Origin: an uncultured Pseudomonadota bacterium
GTDB taxonomy: Bacteria; Pseudomonadota; Alphaproteobacteria; RF32; CAG-239
Length of the DNA: 64,000 nt
Reading direction: 5' to 3'
NCBI GenBank assembly: GCA_949295085.1
Contig: CASFJS010000004.1
Span: forward strand, 13,372 to 77,371
Part shown: positions 11,814 to 23,317 of the stretch, in pieces
Layout of the letters: each line of letters opens with the position of its first letter
Numbering within the stretch: the stretch's first letter is position 1
Notes under the pieces: generated by a model
Databases searched by the model: none
What the model saw: only the letters and a program-made list of their open reading frames with translations
Told to the model about the DNA's origin: nothing
Program-made: the position numbers and the translations under genes

Positions 11814-12323
11814 ATGGCCCAAATGGCACAAAAAATATTGCAGGTCGATAAAGACGAACTTCTTAAAGTTTTAAATGTGGCCTTTGCCGAAGAATGGCTG
11901 GCTTATTATCAATATTGGCTGGGCGCCAGATTAGCCGTCGGGCCGATGCGTCAGGCGGTTGCGGCGGAGTTTGCCGAGCACGCGGCAGAAGAACTTGAAC
12001 ATGCCGGAAAATTGGCTGCCCGCATAATTGAACTGGGCGGTACCCCGGTGTTGAGTCCGGAAGAATGGCCGCAAACGGCTCTGTGCAAATATGAAGCACC
12101 GGCCGAGCCCTATGTCGAAACGTTGTTGGAACAGAATTTAACGGCAGAACGCTGCGCCATCACCCGTTATCAAAAAATTTGCGAGCTGACTTTCGGCAAA
12201 GATTTTACGACTTACGCTTTGTCGGCGGATATTTTACGCGAGGAACTGGAGCATGAAGAAGAATTAAACGCCTACAAAGACGATATTGAGGCCACTTTTA
12301 ACCACCAAAACGAGAAATTGTGA
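11814..12323 (+). CDS. Ferritin-like DpsL / bacterioferritin-related protein
   Basis: AEEWLAYYQYW, EELEH, AERCAI, EELEHEE diiron ligands. Confidence 0.88.
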   Translation: MAQMAQKILQVDKDELLKVLNVAFAEEWLAYYQYWLGARLAVGPMRQAVAAEFAEHAAEELEHAGKLAARIIELGGTPVLSPEEWPQTALCKYEAPAEPYVETLLEQNLTAERCAITRYQKICELTFGKDFTTYALSADILREELEHEEELNAYKDDIEATFNHQNEKL

Positions 12324-12581
12324 TAATGTATTGATTTATCTTGATATTATAAGATATTGATAATTACGTATTGACATATTTATTAAAATACGCCAAAATT
12401 TTGACAAAAATAGAATCGGAATGTGATTAATCAGACGAGTTTTTATCTGTCACAAGAGGCATTTGAACCAACAGACCATAATCACACTCCAAATAAACTT
12501 CAGAGGTCTGTTTTTTTATTTGCCGGAAACAGATAAAGAGGGAGCCCCGTTCTTTGCGGGGCTTTTCCTTATTTTTTGTTT

Positions 12582-13238
12582 TTAAGTCAATATGCAGGAA
12601 TATAATACCGCAAAAAAATGCATCACCGTTCCGGCCAAAACAAAAAAATGCCACACGGCATGCGTGTATTTGCGGCTTTTCCAAACATAAAACAAGATAC
12701 CAAAAGTATAAAACACGCCGCCCAAAACCAGAAAAACAAGCCCTGTTTGCGGAACGGCCGCTGCCAAAGAGCGCGAGGCAAACACAATCAGCCAGCCCAT
12801 CAGCAAATACAGTCCGATAGACCATATTTTGGTGCCGCTGCCCGTTGTCGAGGCCAGCTTTAACACCGTACCGAGGCCTGCCAACCCCCAGATGATGCCA
12901 AACAGCACCCAGCCGGTTACTCCGCGCAGGTTAACCAATAAAAACGGCGTATAAGTTCCGGCAATCAGGTAATAAATTGAAATATGGTCAAATTTTTTTA
13001 AGCGTCGCTTGATTTTTTCGTTTTTAATGGCGTGGTAAAGCGTTGAGGCCGTATAAAGCAAAATCATACTCACCCCGAAAATGATTGTCGAAACAATCAC
13101 CCAGGCATCGCCGTAGATGGCGGAAAACACCGCCAGCAACACCAGTCCGGCGATGCTCAGGCCGATTCCTATACCGTGGATAATGCAGTTCCACAATTCT
13201 TCTTTCGGCGTATAGCGGGACAAAACGGCTCCAGACAT
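12582..13238 (-). CDS. Hemolysin III / PAQR family membrane protein
   Basis: EELWN..HG, STLYH, DHISIYYLIAGTYTP, HAVWHFFVL. Confidence 0.93.
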   Translation of the reverse strand: MSGAVLSRYTPKEELWNCIIHGIGIGLSIAGLVLLAVFSAIYGDAWVIVSTIIFGVSMILLYTASTLYHAIKNEKIKRRLKKFDHISIYYLIAGTYTPFLLVNLRGVTGWVLFGIIWGLAGLGTVLKLASTTGSGTKIWSIGLYLLMGWLIVFASRSLAAAVPQTGLVFLVLGGVFYTFGILFYVWKSRKYTHAVWHFFVLAGTVMHFFAVLYSCILT

Positions 13239-13429
13239 CACAAATCCTTTCACCGGACAATGATGGCGCATTTATGAAGTCTGTGTCAAGCAGGCACTTT
13301 TGCGTGCTATGGTATGTTTTGGGAAACTGTCGCACAACCGAAAAATTAGCTTGAAAAAATTCTGTTTAATGCTAAATTAGCTGTCGATAAATTTGAATAT
13401 GCCCGTGCGGGGCTGTCCGCATAAATTAA

Positions 13430-14461
<1,032 letters not shown>

Positions 14462-14473
14462 TTTGATGATAAT

Positions 14474-14515
14474 GAACCCCTGCCGGCCGCGCCGTTGCGG
14501 GGGTTCTGTTTTTTG
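14474..14515 (+). terminator. Hairpin/terminator between gap and pgk
   Basis: gaacccc...ggggttc stem followed by T-tract. Confidence 0.6.
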
Positions 14516-14536
14516 TGCATAAGAAAAGGATAGAAA

Positions 14537-15748
14537 ATGACAGCATACAGAACACTTGATGATTTGGGCGATTTGCACGGCAAGGTTGCCATGCTGCGCG
14601 CTGATTTGAACGTCCCGATGGACGAAAACTTTCACGTAACCAACACGGCACGTATCGACCGTACGGTACCCACAATTAAAGAGCTGATGAACCGCGGCGC
14701 CAAAGTCGTTGTTATCTCACACTTCGGCCGGCCGGAAGGCAAGGGCGACATGAAAAACTCTTTATCGCATATTGTCGGCGATTTGCAAAAATCTTTGGGG
14801 CATAAGGTTGTTTTTGTTGACGATTGTATCGGCCCCAAGGTTGAAGAAGCCGTCAAAAACATGAAAGATGACGAAGTTTTGCTGTTGGAAAATCTTCGTT
14901 TCTACAACGAGGAGAAAAAAGGCGACGAGGCCTGGGCCAAAGAGCTGGTTAAACCGGCCGATGTCTATGTTTCCGACGCTTTTTCAACGGCTCACCGCGC
15001 TCATGCTTCCATGGTGGCCGCGGTTAAGGAACGTCCTTCGGCTTTCGGCTTGCTGATGGCCGAAGAAGTCAACGCTCTTTCCAAAGGCTTAAATGATCCC
15101 AAACGTCCGCTGATGGCTATTGTCGGCGGTTCAAAAGTTTCAACCAAGCTCGACTTGCTGAATAATCTGGTCAAAAGAGTTGATAAGCTGGTTATCTCCG
15201 GCGGTATGGCACACACTTTTATGAAAACCGCCGGCATCGACACCATCAACGAGGCCAACTCGCTGGTGCAGATGGATATGTTGGACACCGCCAAAGAAAT
15301 TATGGCCACGGCCAAAGCCAACAACTGCAAAATTGTTTTACCTCTGGATGTGGTTGTATCCAAAGAGTTTAAACCGATGGCCGAACACCAAACGGTTGAT
15401 CTCGCGCATATTCCGGCTGAGGGCTGGAGCCTGCTTGATGTCGGCGACAAAACCATTGCCGCAATTAACGCCGAGATGGACGGCTGCAGTACTTTGGTCT
15501 GGAACGGACCTTTGGGTGTGTTTGAGATGAAACCGTTTGACAATGCCACCAACAAAGTTGCCGAACATGCGGCCGAGCTGACGGCTGCCGGCAAGTTGAT
15601 GTCGGTTGCCGGCGGCGGCGACACGGTTTCGGCTCTGGCCAATGCAGGCGTTGAAAACAAGTTTTCTTACATTTCAACCGCCGGCGGCGCTTTTCTGGAA
15701 TGGATGGAGGGCAAAGAGCTCCCCGGCGTTGCGGTTTTGAAAAAATAA
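14537..15748 (+). CDS. pgk: Phosphoglycerate kinase
   Basis: RADLNVP, SHFGRP, LLENLRF, GGSKVSTK, WNGPLGVFE, STAGGAFLE. Confidence 0.98.
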   Translation: MTAYRTLDDLGDLHGKVAMLRADLNVPMDENFHVTNTARIDRTVPTIKELMNRGAKVVVISHFGRPEGKGDMKNSLSHIVGDLQKSLGHKVVFVDDCIGPKVEEAVKNMKDDEVLLLENLRFYNEEKKGDEAWAKELVKPADVYVSDAFSTAHRAHASMVAAVKERPSAFGLLMAEEVNALSKGLNDPKRPLMAIVGGSKVSTKLDLLNNLVKRVDKLVISGGMAHTFMKTAGIDTINEANSLVQMDMLDTAKEIMATAKANNCKIVLPLDVVVSKEFKPMAEHQTVDLAHIPAEGWSLLDVGDKTIAAINAEMDGCSTLVWNGPLGVFEMKPFDNATNKVAEHAAELTAAGKLMSVAGGGDTVSALANAGVENKFSYISTAGGAFLEWMEGKELPGVAVLKK

Positions 15749-15771
15749 GCTTCGGCATGATTTGCTGATTT

Positions 15772-15804
15772 AAGGCCTTGTCAAAAATTCTCGACAAGGC
15801 CTTT
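15772..15804. terminator. Inverted repeat between convergent pgk and anmK
   Basis: aaggccttgtc-N10-gacaaggcctt. Confidence 0.7.
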
Positions 15805-15886
15805 ATCGTACTCCTCAAAAATCTTCCTTTTTTCCGTCGGGCAAGAACAGAGCAAATGGCGGGCCTCATCGGGAACAGGATGTTTT

Positions 15887-16984
15887 TTATTTTCTGGGTT
15901 CAAAAACTTCTCCGCCGATAACCTCTTGGACGGCTCCGGTGGTAAAAGGAAACGATGTCGGCATTTGCTGGAGTCTTCTGACCGCCAGATAAGCAAAAGC
16001 CTGCGCCTCAATTCCCATAGAGTTAAACCCGCATTCTTCCGCCGTACATACCGGAATATCCCTAAGCCGCCGGTGCAAAAAACGCAAAATTGTCGGGTTT
16101 TTGGCCCCGCCGCCGCAAACAATAACTTTTTTGGGGGTTAGCGGAATAAAATTATGGATACTTTGCGCAATGGCCTCTGTGACAAAGGCCGTTACCGTTG
16201 CAGCCCCGTCCTCAAGACTTAAGCCCTCCAAATGCTCCAGCTTGTTGTCAAAAGTCTGATTATCGGCTGCTTTAGGCGGCAGTTTGGCCAAAAATTTGTG
16301 TTTCATCATACTGGCCAGAACGTCTTCGTTAATTTGGCCGGTAATACCGAGTTTGCCGTTATAATCCATGTGCATATTGCCGTGCTTGTTGACCCATTCA
16401 TTGATGGCGGCATTCCCCGGTCCGGCATCAAAAGCCGTCAGTTCGCCGTTTTGGCCGATAAACGTTACCGCGCTCAGGCCGCCGATATCAACAAACACCG
16501 TCGGCTTTTCTTCTTTTTGTGCCAATGCGGCATGATAAACGGCCGACAGCGGCGCGCCCTGGCCGCCGGCCAGAATATCGGCATTGCGAAATTTTCCCAC
16601 CACACGCACACCCAGAGCATTGGCCAGTTTTTGTCCGTCGCCGATTTGGTAAAGAATATGTTCCGCCGGCCGGTGACAAACAATATGTCCGCCAAAACCA
16701 ATCAGCGTTATGCCCTCGTAATCGGTCATAATCTCGCGCGCCGCACCGATATGAAATTCGGTCAAAGCATTCTCAAGCCGTTGTTTTTCGTCATCGTTCA
16801 TGCCGGCAAAATGGTGGTGCAAATGCCGCAGTCCCTCGTGCAGGTTATCGTCATACGGAATATCAAACGTCTTGCCGAATTCAAATACATCCACGCCGTC
16901 GGTGGTAATGATTGAGGCATTAATGCCGTCCAGCGACGATCCGCTGGACAACCCGAGAACCTTGTATGTCTGTATCGGATTCAT
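15887..16984 (-). CDS. anmK: Anhydro-N-acetylmuramic acid kinase
   Basis: GLSSGSSLDG, GGQGAPL, FDAGPGN, CGGGAKN, EAQAFAYLA; divergent from tyrS. Confidence 0.92.
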   Translation of the reverse strand: MNPIQTYKVLGLSSGSSLDGINASIITTDGVDVFEFGKTFDIPYDDNLHEGLRHLHHHFAGMNDDEKQRLENALTEFHIGAAREIMTDYEGITLIGFGGHIVCHRPAEHILYQIGDGQKLANALGVRVVGKFRNADILAGGQGAPLSAVYHAALAQKEEKPTVFVDIGGLSAVTFIGQNGELTAFDAGPGNAAINEWVNKHGNMHMDYNGKLGITGQINEDVLASMMKHKFLAKLPPKAADNQTFDNKLEHLEGLSLEDGAATVTAFVTEAIAQSIHNFIPLTPKKVIVCGGGAKNPTILRFLHRRLRDIPVCTAEECGFNSMGIEAQAFAYLAVRRLQQMPTSFPFTTGAVQEVIGGEVFEPRK

Positions 16985-17074
16985 AAAAAAGCAAACTCCT
17001 TTCTTGCATTGCAAAAATAATATGCTAATATGCGTTAAAATTTGGTTATATCAGATAAAAGGAGAGAAAAAACA

Positions 17075-18325
17075 ATGTCGGAATTCAAGTCCGAATTTTT
17101 GAATATTATGCTTGAACGCGGGTTTTACAATCAATGCACCAATATCGAGGGCTTTGATGTTTATTTGTCCGAATGCGAAAAATCGGGCCGTCCCGCAGTC
17201 GGCTATCTGGGTTCCGACCCCACCGGCGACAGTCTGCACGTCGGGCATATCGTGCCATTGATGATGCTGCGCTGGTTTCAGCGTTGCGGCCACAAGCCGT
17301 TGACACTGGTCGGCGGCGCTACCGCGCGTATCGGCGACCCTTCCGGTAAAGACAAATTACGCCCGTTTTTGGACGAGGCCACGCTGGCGCACAATATCGA
17401 AGGATTGAAAAAGTCGTTTTCCAAGTTCCTAAAGTTTGGCGACGGCGCCAATGATGCCGTCATGGTTGACAACTGGGATTGGTTTAAAGACGTTAATTAT
17501 CTGGAATTTTTACGCGATATCGGCACCTGTTATTCGGTTAATCGGATGCTGACGATGGATTCGGTCAAGACCCGCCTTGAGCGCGAACAGCCGATGAGCT
17601 TTTTGGAATTTAACTATATGTTGTTGCAGGGATATGATTTTTGTGTCCTGCTGCAAAAATACGGTTGCCGCGCCCAAATTGCCGGTTCCGACCAATGGGG
17701 CAACATCACCTCCGGCACCGAGCTCGGTCGTCGCAAATACGATACCGAATTGTTTGGTTTTACTGCGCCGATTATCACCGACGCTTCCGGCAAAAAAATG
17801 GGCAAATCCGAGGGGAATGCCGTCTGGATTAATGAAGACAAACTCTCTTCTTATAATTATTACCAATATTTCCGCAACATTAGCGATACCGAAGTCGGCA
17901 AATGCCTGCGTATTTATACCGACCTGCCGATAGACGAAGTTAAGCGCTTAGAAGCCTTAAAAGATCAGGAAATCAACGAGGCCAAAAAGATTCTGGCCTT
18001 TGAGGCAACCAAGATCTGCCGCGGCTTGGCTGAGGCCGAAGCGGCTCAGGCCACCGCCGTCAAAACCTTTGAGCAGGGCGGCGCCGGCAACAATCTGCCG
18101 GTGGTTGAGGCCGCCGCCGGTACGGGCATTTTGGATGTCTTTGTCAATATCGGCTTTTGCGCTTCCAAAGGCGAGGCGCGCCGCCTGATTAAACAAGGCG
18201 GGCTAAAGTTGAATGACACTGCCGTTGCAGACGAGAACTACCGTCTGCAAACATCCGATTTCAGCAATGGTCAGGCCAAAATCGCCTTAGGTAAGAAAAA
18301 ATTCGGCATTATTAAAGCCTGTTGA
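17075..18325 (+). CDS. tyrS: Tyrosyl-tRNA synthetase
   Basis: DPTGDSLHVGH, GSDQWGNI, KMGKS, C-terminal S4 domain. Confidence 0.98.
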   Translation: MSEFKSEFLNIMLERGFYNQCTNIEGFDVYLSECEKSGRPAVGYLGSDPTGDSLHVGHIVPLMMLRWFQRCGHKPLTLVGGATARIGDPSGKDKLRPFLDEATLAHNIEGLKKSFSKFLKFGDGANDAVMVDNWDWFKDVNYLEFLRDIGTCYSVNRMLTMDSVKTRLEREQPMSFLEFNYMLLQGYDFCVLLQKYGCRAQIAGSDQWGNITSGTELGRRKYDTELFGFTAPIITDASGKKMGKSEGNAVWINEDKLSSYNYYQYFRNISDTEVGKCLRIYTDLPIDEVKRLEALKDQEINEAKKILAFEATKICRGLAEAEAAQATAVKTFEQGGAGNNLPVVEAAAGTGILDVFVNIGFCASKGEARRLIKQGGLKLNDTAVADENYRLQTSDFSNGQAKIALGKKKFGIIKAC

Positions 18326-18390
18326 TATTGATATTTTAACTTTTAAACCTTAAATTATTTTAGAAAGCTCAAATAAAAAATTTAAGGAGG

Positions 18391-18849
18391 TTGGCGGTGC
18401 CGGATAGTTTACCGGAATTGCGCGATATTCATCTGCCGGAAGGCGTATCGGCCTTTCCGCCGGCTTATGGCTGGTGGGTTATCTTGGCCGCACTTATCGG
18501 TATTCTTATTTTGTACCGCCTGTTTTTTTTGCTGCGCCGTAAGTCCAAGAAGCTTTATGCTTTGCGTTTGTTAAACAAGACTCAAAACGATTCGCTTTTT
18601 GCCGCGGCGCAAATGTCTGAAATTCTGCGTCGTATCTGCGTCTACAAATATCCGGAGGCCGCCGCGCTTGACGGGCAGCGTTGGCTCGATTTTTTAACTC
18701 ATCATAGCAAAAAAGCAGCCCTTTCAAAAAGTGCGACCGCTTTGCTTCTGAATGCGCCCTATATGCCGGAAGACAGCCATGATTTTGCCGCGGCCGATGT
18801 CGTGGCACTGCGTGATTTTTGCCGCCGTTGGATAGGAGAAAATCTATGA
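18391..18849 (+). CDS. DUF4381 family protein (Bat/MoxR cluster)
   Basis: LRDIHLPE.VS.FPPAYGWW, ILRR, GQRWLDFL; TTG start after AAGGAGG. Confidence 0.85.
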   Translation: MAVPDSLPELRDIHLPEGVSAFPPAYGWWVILAALIGILILYRLFFLLRRKSKKLYALRLLNKTQNDSLFAAAQMSEILRRICVYKYPEAAALDGQRWLDFLTHHSKKAALSKSATALLLNAPYMPEDSHDFAAADVVALRDFCRRWIGENL

Positions 18850-19832
18850 CGGTTTTGGCTTATCCTTATGCGCTGCTCCTGTTGCTGTTGCCGTTTTTGT
18901 TCTATCGTTTATTGCCGGCGGTTAAGGGTCTGCACGGCGATTCTTTGCGTGTGCCGTTTTTGGCGGATCTGCAGCGTATCAATATTGCTTCCGGCGGCCT
19001 GTGGCAGATGGAAACAGGCTCCGGAAAGACATCAAAAAAATTTTGGCCGCTGTATTTAATCTGGGTTTTGTTATGTCTTGCGGCGGCCCGGCCGCAATAT
19101 ATCGGCGAACCGCTGCCTCTTAAAAACGACAGTCGTGACATTATGCTGGTTTTGGATATATCAACCTCAATGCTGGAACCTGATTTTACTTTGGGCAACC
19201 GGCGAATGACCCGCCTTGATGCGGTCAAGGCTGTGGTATCCTCTTTTGCCGACAAGCGCGCTGACGATCGTTTGGGGTTAATCTTGTTTGGTACTCGCGC
19301 CTATTTGCAGGCGCCGTTAACATTTGACAAAGCCGGCGTCAAAGATATCTTATACTCAATGCAGGCCGGCATGGCGGGTGATTCAACCAGTATCGGCGAT
19401 GCCCTGGCACTGGCCTTAAAAAATTTGAGCGGACAAAAAGGTGATAAGGTTATTATTCTGTTGACCGACGGCGAAAACAATGACGGTTCTTTGAGCCTCG
19501 GTCAAGCCATCAAAATGGCTGCCGATGAGGGCATCAAAACCTATACCATCGGTGTCGGCTCGCCGAATGTCTTTTTCGGTATGTTGCGGCTGGCCGCGCC
19601 GGGGGTGGATGAACAAGAGCTGAAATTGTTGGCCGAGGCCACCAAAGGGCAATATTTTCGTGCCGAAAGCACCGCCGATTTGCAAAAGGTATATGATTTG
19701 ATAAACCAACTTGAGCCGACCAATAACGATGCGCGTTATGTGCGAGAAACCACCGAGCTTTACGCCCTGCCGCTGCTCTTGGCCATAATACTCGGCTTGG
19801 GTCTGGCTTTTGTTTTGCGGAGGATTGGCTGA
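18846..19832 (+). CDS. vWA domain protein (BatA-like)
   Basis: AARPQ, MIDAS DISTS, QAPLTFD, TSIGDAL, LLTDGENN. Confidence 0.9.
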   Translation: MTVLAYPYALLLLLLPFLFYRLLPAVKGLHGDSLRVPFLADLQRINIASGGLWQMETGSGKTSKKFWPLYLIWVLLCLAAARPQYIGEPLPLKNDSRDIMLVLDISTSMLEPDFTLGNRRMTRLDAVKAVVSSFADKRADDRLGLILFGTRAYLQAPLTFDKAGVKDILYSMQAGMAGDSTSIGDALALALKNLSGQKGDKVIILLTDGENNDGSLSLGQAIKMAADEGIKTYTIGVGSPNVFFGMLRLAAPGVDEQELKLLAEATKGQYFRAESTADLQKVYDLINQLEPTNNDARYVRETTELYALPLLLAIILGLGLAFVLRRIG

Positions 19833-21589
19833 TGGCAGACTTCTGGCAGAATTTTCATTTTTTGCGGCCGTGGCTTTTGTTGTTGCTGATATTGCCGGCC
19901 TTGCTTTACGGATTTTATTTTCGCGGGCTCAACACGCAATCTTCCTGGCAAAAGATTATAGACAAACGTTTGTTGGATTTTTTGCTGATTAAAGGTTCGG
20001 CGGTTAAACGGCGGGTGTTGGTTTGGCTTGGTGGTATCGGGCTGATGACGGCGATGATTGCGGCAGCCGGTCCGTCATGGCAGAAGACGGAGGTTCCGGC
20101 CTATGCGCCGCAAAATCCGGTGATGATATTGTTGAATTTGTCATCCGATATGAACGAGACGGATTTAACCCCCTCGCGCCTGAGCCGCGCCAAATATAAA
20201 ATCAAAGATTTTTTGACCCTGTTGCACGGTGTTGAAGTCGGTCTGTTGGTTTATTCTGCCGAGCCTTTTGTTATTTCGCCTCTAACCGACGATGTCCATA
20301 TTTTGCAAAATTTGTTACCGGCCGTTAATTTGGACATTATGCCGACAAACGGTGACCGGCTTGACCGCGCCATTGATCTGGCAGCGGCAAAAATCAAGGC
20401 TGCCGGTTATCGCGAAGGGCGTTTGGTTATTTTTGCGCCGGATGTCGGCCAGGCGTTTGACAGAGCTCTGGCCGCGGCCGAAGATGTGCATCGCGACGGG
20501 TTTAAGATTGATATTATCGGTGTTTCGGCCGCCGCTAACGAAAAACTGGCCATGGTTGCCAAAGCCGGCGGCGGCAGTTATTGGCCGCTGCAAGCCGACG
20601 ATGCCAAAATAGCCGCTTTGGCAGCCGAGCTTAATCAAAACAGCGACGATTTATCCGCAAGCGAGAATAAGCGCACCGTTTGGCTGGATGCCGGCTATTG
20701 GCTGCTGCCGCTGCCGTTGTTGTGTTGCTTGTTGTTTTTCCGCAAAGGTATCTTGGTTGTAGCTTTGATTCTTTTGTCATCAAACGCTTATGCCGGCTTT
20801 TTCTTAAACGCCGATCAGGAGGGTCTGCGCGCCTTTAACAACGGCGATTATCCGGCGGCGGCGGCCTCTTTTGCCGACGCTGACTGGAAAGCTGCCGCTT
20901 TATATCGGGCCGGCGATTACGCAGGCGCTTATAAGGAATATCAAAAAAGCAACAGTGTTGACGCTTTGTATAATCAGGGCAATGCTTTGGCCAAAGGCGG
21001 CAAGATAAAAGAAGCCATTGCCAAATATGAGGAGGTTTTGCGCCAGGAGCCGAATCACGAAGATGCCAAATTTAATCTGGAGTACTTAAAAAAACAGCAA
21101 CAACAAAACCAACAACAGCAAAACCAACAACAGCAAAACCAACAACAAAACGAACGGCAAGATCAACAACAAAACCAACAGCAGCAACAAAACCGGCAAG
21201 CTGATGATAATCAACAAAATGCCGATAACCAAAACAATACGCCGCAACCATCCGAGGGTGAGCAGAATTCCGCGCAACAGCAGCAACAGGATGAATCATC
21301 GCCGCAGTCTGAGGGCAAACAGGATAAAAATTCCGATAATCAGGATAATCAAGCCGGGCAAGAACGCGAAAAAGCGGCGGATGATTTGCTTGATGAAAGC
21401 GAGCCACGGCCCGAGGGGAATAAAGAGCAAAAAGGAGCCTTGCCCAAACAAGGCGGTGAGCAGGAAAAATACGACGAACAAATGCAGGCCAAAACAGCCC
21501 GTTACCGCGAAATACCGGAAGATCCCGGCGGCCTGTTGAAAGCTTTTATTTATCAGGAATATCGTCAAAATCGTTATCAAGAGGAATAA
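19832..21589 (+). CDS. vWA + TPR protein (BatB/BatC-like) with Gln-rich linker
   Basis: FHFLRPW, AGPSW, YNQGNALAK TPR, IPEDPGGLL. Confidence 0.9.
   Translation: MADFWQNFHFLRPWLLLLLILPALLYGFYFRGLNTQSSWQKIIDKRLLDFLLIKGSAVKRRVLVWLGGIGLMTAMIAAAGPSWQKTEVPAYAPQNPVMILLNLSSDMNETDLTPSRLSRAKYKIKDFLTLLHGVEVGLLVYSAEPFVISPLTDDVHILQNLLPAVNLDIMPTNGDRLDRAIDLAAAKIKAAGYREGRLVIFAPDVGQAFDRALAAAEDVHRDGFKIDIIGVSAAANEKLAMVAKAGGGSYWPLQADDAKIAALAAELNQNSDDLSASENKRTVWLDAGYWLLPLPLLCCLLFFRKGILVVALILLSSNAYAGFFLNADQEGLRAFNNGDYPAAAASFADADWKAAALYRAGDYAGAYKEYQKSNSVDALYNQGNALAKGGKIKEAIAKYEEVLRQEPNHEDAKFNLEYLKKQQQQNQQQQNQQQQNQQQNERQDQQQNQQQQQNRQADDNQQNADNQNNTPQPSEGEQNSAQQQQQDESSPQSEGKQDKNSDNQDNQAGQEREKAADDLLDESEPRPEGNKEQKGALPKQGGEQEKYDEQMQAKTARYREIPEDPGGLLKAFIYQEYRQNRYQEE
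21104..21147 (+). repeat. 15-bp tandem repeat (caaaaccaacaacag, about 2.9 copies) encoding QNQQQ
   Basis: Copies start at 21104, 21119 and 21134. Confidence 0.85.
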
Positions 21590-21592
21590 AAA

Positions 21593-23317
21593 ATGAAAAA
21601 GGTATTTTTATTTATTCTGGCATTGATGTTGATGGTGAAAACCGTTTGGGCGCAGAGCTTTGACGCCACCGTCAATCGCACAACCGTACCGGAGGGCGAA
21701 ACATTTGTTCTAACGCTGGACCTAAAAGATGTTGATACCTCGTCCACGCCGGATATCGGCGCCTTAAGCAAAGATTTTACGGTGCTGTCTGTATCCAACG
21801 GCTATCGCACCAATATTATCAACGGAGATGTCAGCAAATCGCGCCAGTGGAGTCTGGTTTTGATACCTGACCGAAGCGGCAGTTTGACCATTCCGTCGAT
21901 TGAGCTTGCCGGCTATCAAACGCAACCCATTACCTTAAATGTGATTCCGGCCGGTACGACCGATCAGCTGGTGCAGGGGCAGGCGGCCGATACACCGCGT
22001 TTCAAAATAAGCGGCGATATTGATAATTTTTCACCTTATGTTCAACAGCAGCTTAATTATCGGCTGACGATTTATGATGCCGGCGGTTTGCAGGGGGAGA
22101 CGCCGTTTTTTGTAACCGATAATGACGACTGGATAATCAAAAGTTTGGGTGAGCCGCAGGTCGAGACTAAAATTGTCAACGGTCAAACCTTGCGCGAAAT
22201 TACTTTTAACTATGCTTTATTTGCCCAAAGAAGCGGAGAACAGACTGTTCCGCCGGTGCGTTTTAACGGCTATTATTTGACTAAAGAAACCCGTACGGAT
22301 CCGTTTGCCCGTTTTTTTGATAATGATCCGTTTTTTGCCTCTTTCGGTATGAACGATGTTTTTGCCTCGCGCACGCCGGTTGTTTTAAACACCAAGCCGA
22401 TAAAAGTTAACGTCCGTCCGGCAAAGGTTGATACCGGTTGGTGGTTGCCGGCAGAAGAAGTTAAACTTTCGGCCGAATTTGCCGGTGACAAGCCGCAATT
22501 CAAATCCGGTGAGGCAATCAGCCGCACCATTTATCTGAAAGCGGTTGGTGTTTTGGATAATCAATTGCCGGAAATCAAGTTTGCCGCGGTTAACGGGGTT
22601 AAACAATATCCGGAAAAACCGCAAACCGATATGAAAGTTGAGAACGGCAAAGTTGTTTCTTATGCCCGCATGACCAATGTTTATATTCCGGAACAAGCCG
22701 GTGAAATCATTTTACCCGAAATAAGCGTCGACTGGTTTAACACCGCAACCGGTCAGGCCGAAACGGCAGTTATTCCGGCTTATCATACCGAGGTGATGGC
22801 AGGAATTCAGTCGTCGGCATCTGTTGCCGCAAAGCCGCGTCCGGAGCAGCAGCCGGTTTTGATGCCGGCCGCACCGAGCCGGACGGTCACGACAGTAGAG
22901 CAGGTTGATAACACGCAAATTATTTGGTATTTGCTGATAGCTTTTGTCGGCGGTATAATTCTGACATTGCTTGTATCAAAATTGATTACTTTCGCCGCGA
23001 CGCCGACAACCAATCATAAAAAAGCCGTTTTGGCGGCGGCCGAAACCAAAAATTTGCCCAAATTGCGTGATGAGCTTTTGGTTTGGGCGGCAGCGGAATT
23101 TCCGCGGCACAAAATTTCCAATTTACAAGATGTTGCCGATATTTTCCAAAATTCGGCCTTTAATAAGGAGCTTGACAGGCTGCGGGAGGCTTTGTATGCT
23201 GAAACGGCCAAAGATTGGGATGATAAAACTTTTATCGAAATTTTCAAAAAAATATCAAAACAAACCAGAAAACAACGGAGAAAAACCGATGAGCCGCTTC
23301 CAAAACTTTACAGGTAA
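21593..23317 (+). CDS. BatD family protein
   Basis: Signal peptide, ATVNR..V..GE, WLPA, VDWFNT, C-terminal TM and LPKLY. Confidence 0.88.
   Translation: MKKVFLFILALMLMVKTVWAQSFDATVNRTTVPEGETFVLTLDLKDVDTSSTPDIGALSKDFTVLSVSNGYRTNIINGDVSKSRQWSLVLIPDRSGSLTIPSIELAGYQTQPITLNVIPAGTTDQLVQGQAADTPRFKISGDIDNFSPYVQQQLNYRLTIYDAGGLQGETPFFVTDNDDWIIKSLGEPQVETKIVNGQTLREITFNYALFAQRSGEQTVPPVRFNGYYLTKETRTDPFARFFDNDPFFASFGMNDVFASRTPVVLNTKPIKVNVRPAKVDTGWWLPAEEVKLSAEFAGDKPQFKSGEAISRTIYLKAVGVLDNQLPEIKFAAVNGVKQYPEKPQTDMKVENGKVVSYARMTNVYIPEQAGEIILPEISVDWFNTATGQAETAVIPAYHTEVMAGIQSSASVAAKPRPEQQPVLMPAAPSRTVTTVEQVDNTQIIWYLLIAFVGGIILTLLVSKLITFAATPTTNHKKAVLAAAETKNLPKLRDELLVWAAAEFPRHKISNLQDVADIFQNSAFNKELDRLREALYAETAKDWDDKTFIEIFKKISKQTRKQRRKTDEPLPKLYR

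Noticed and set aside
21090..21360. Gln/Asn-rich low-complexity region as a novel repeat system
   Set aside because: Typical linker of BatB/BatC-like TPR proteins.
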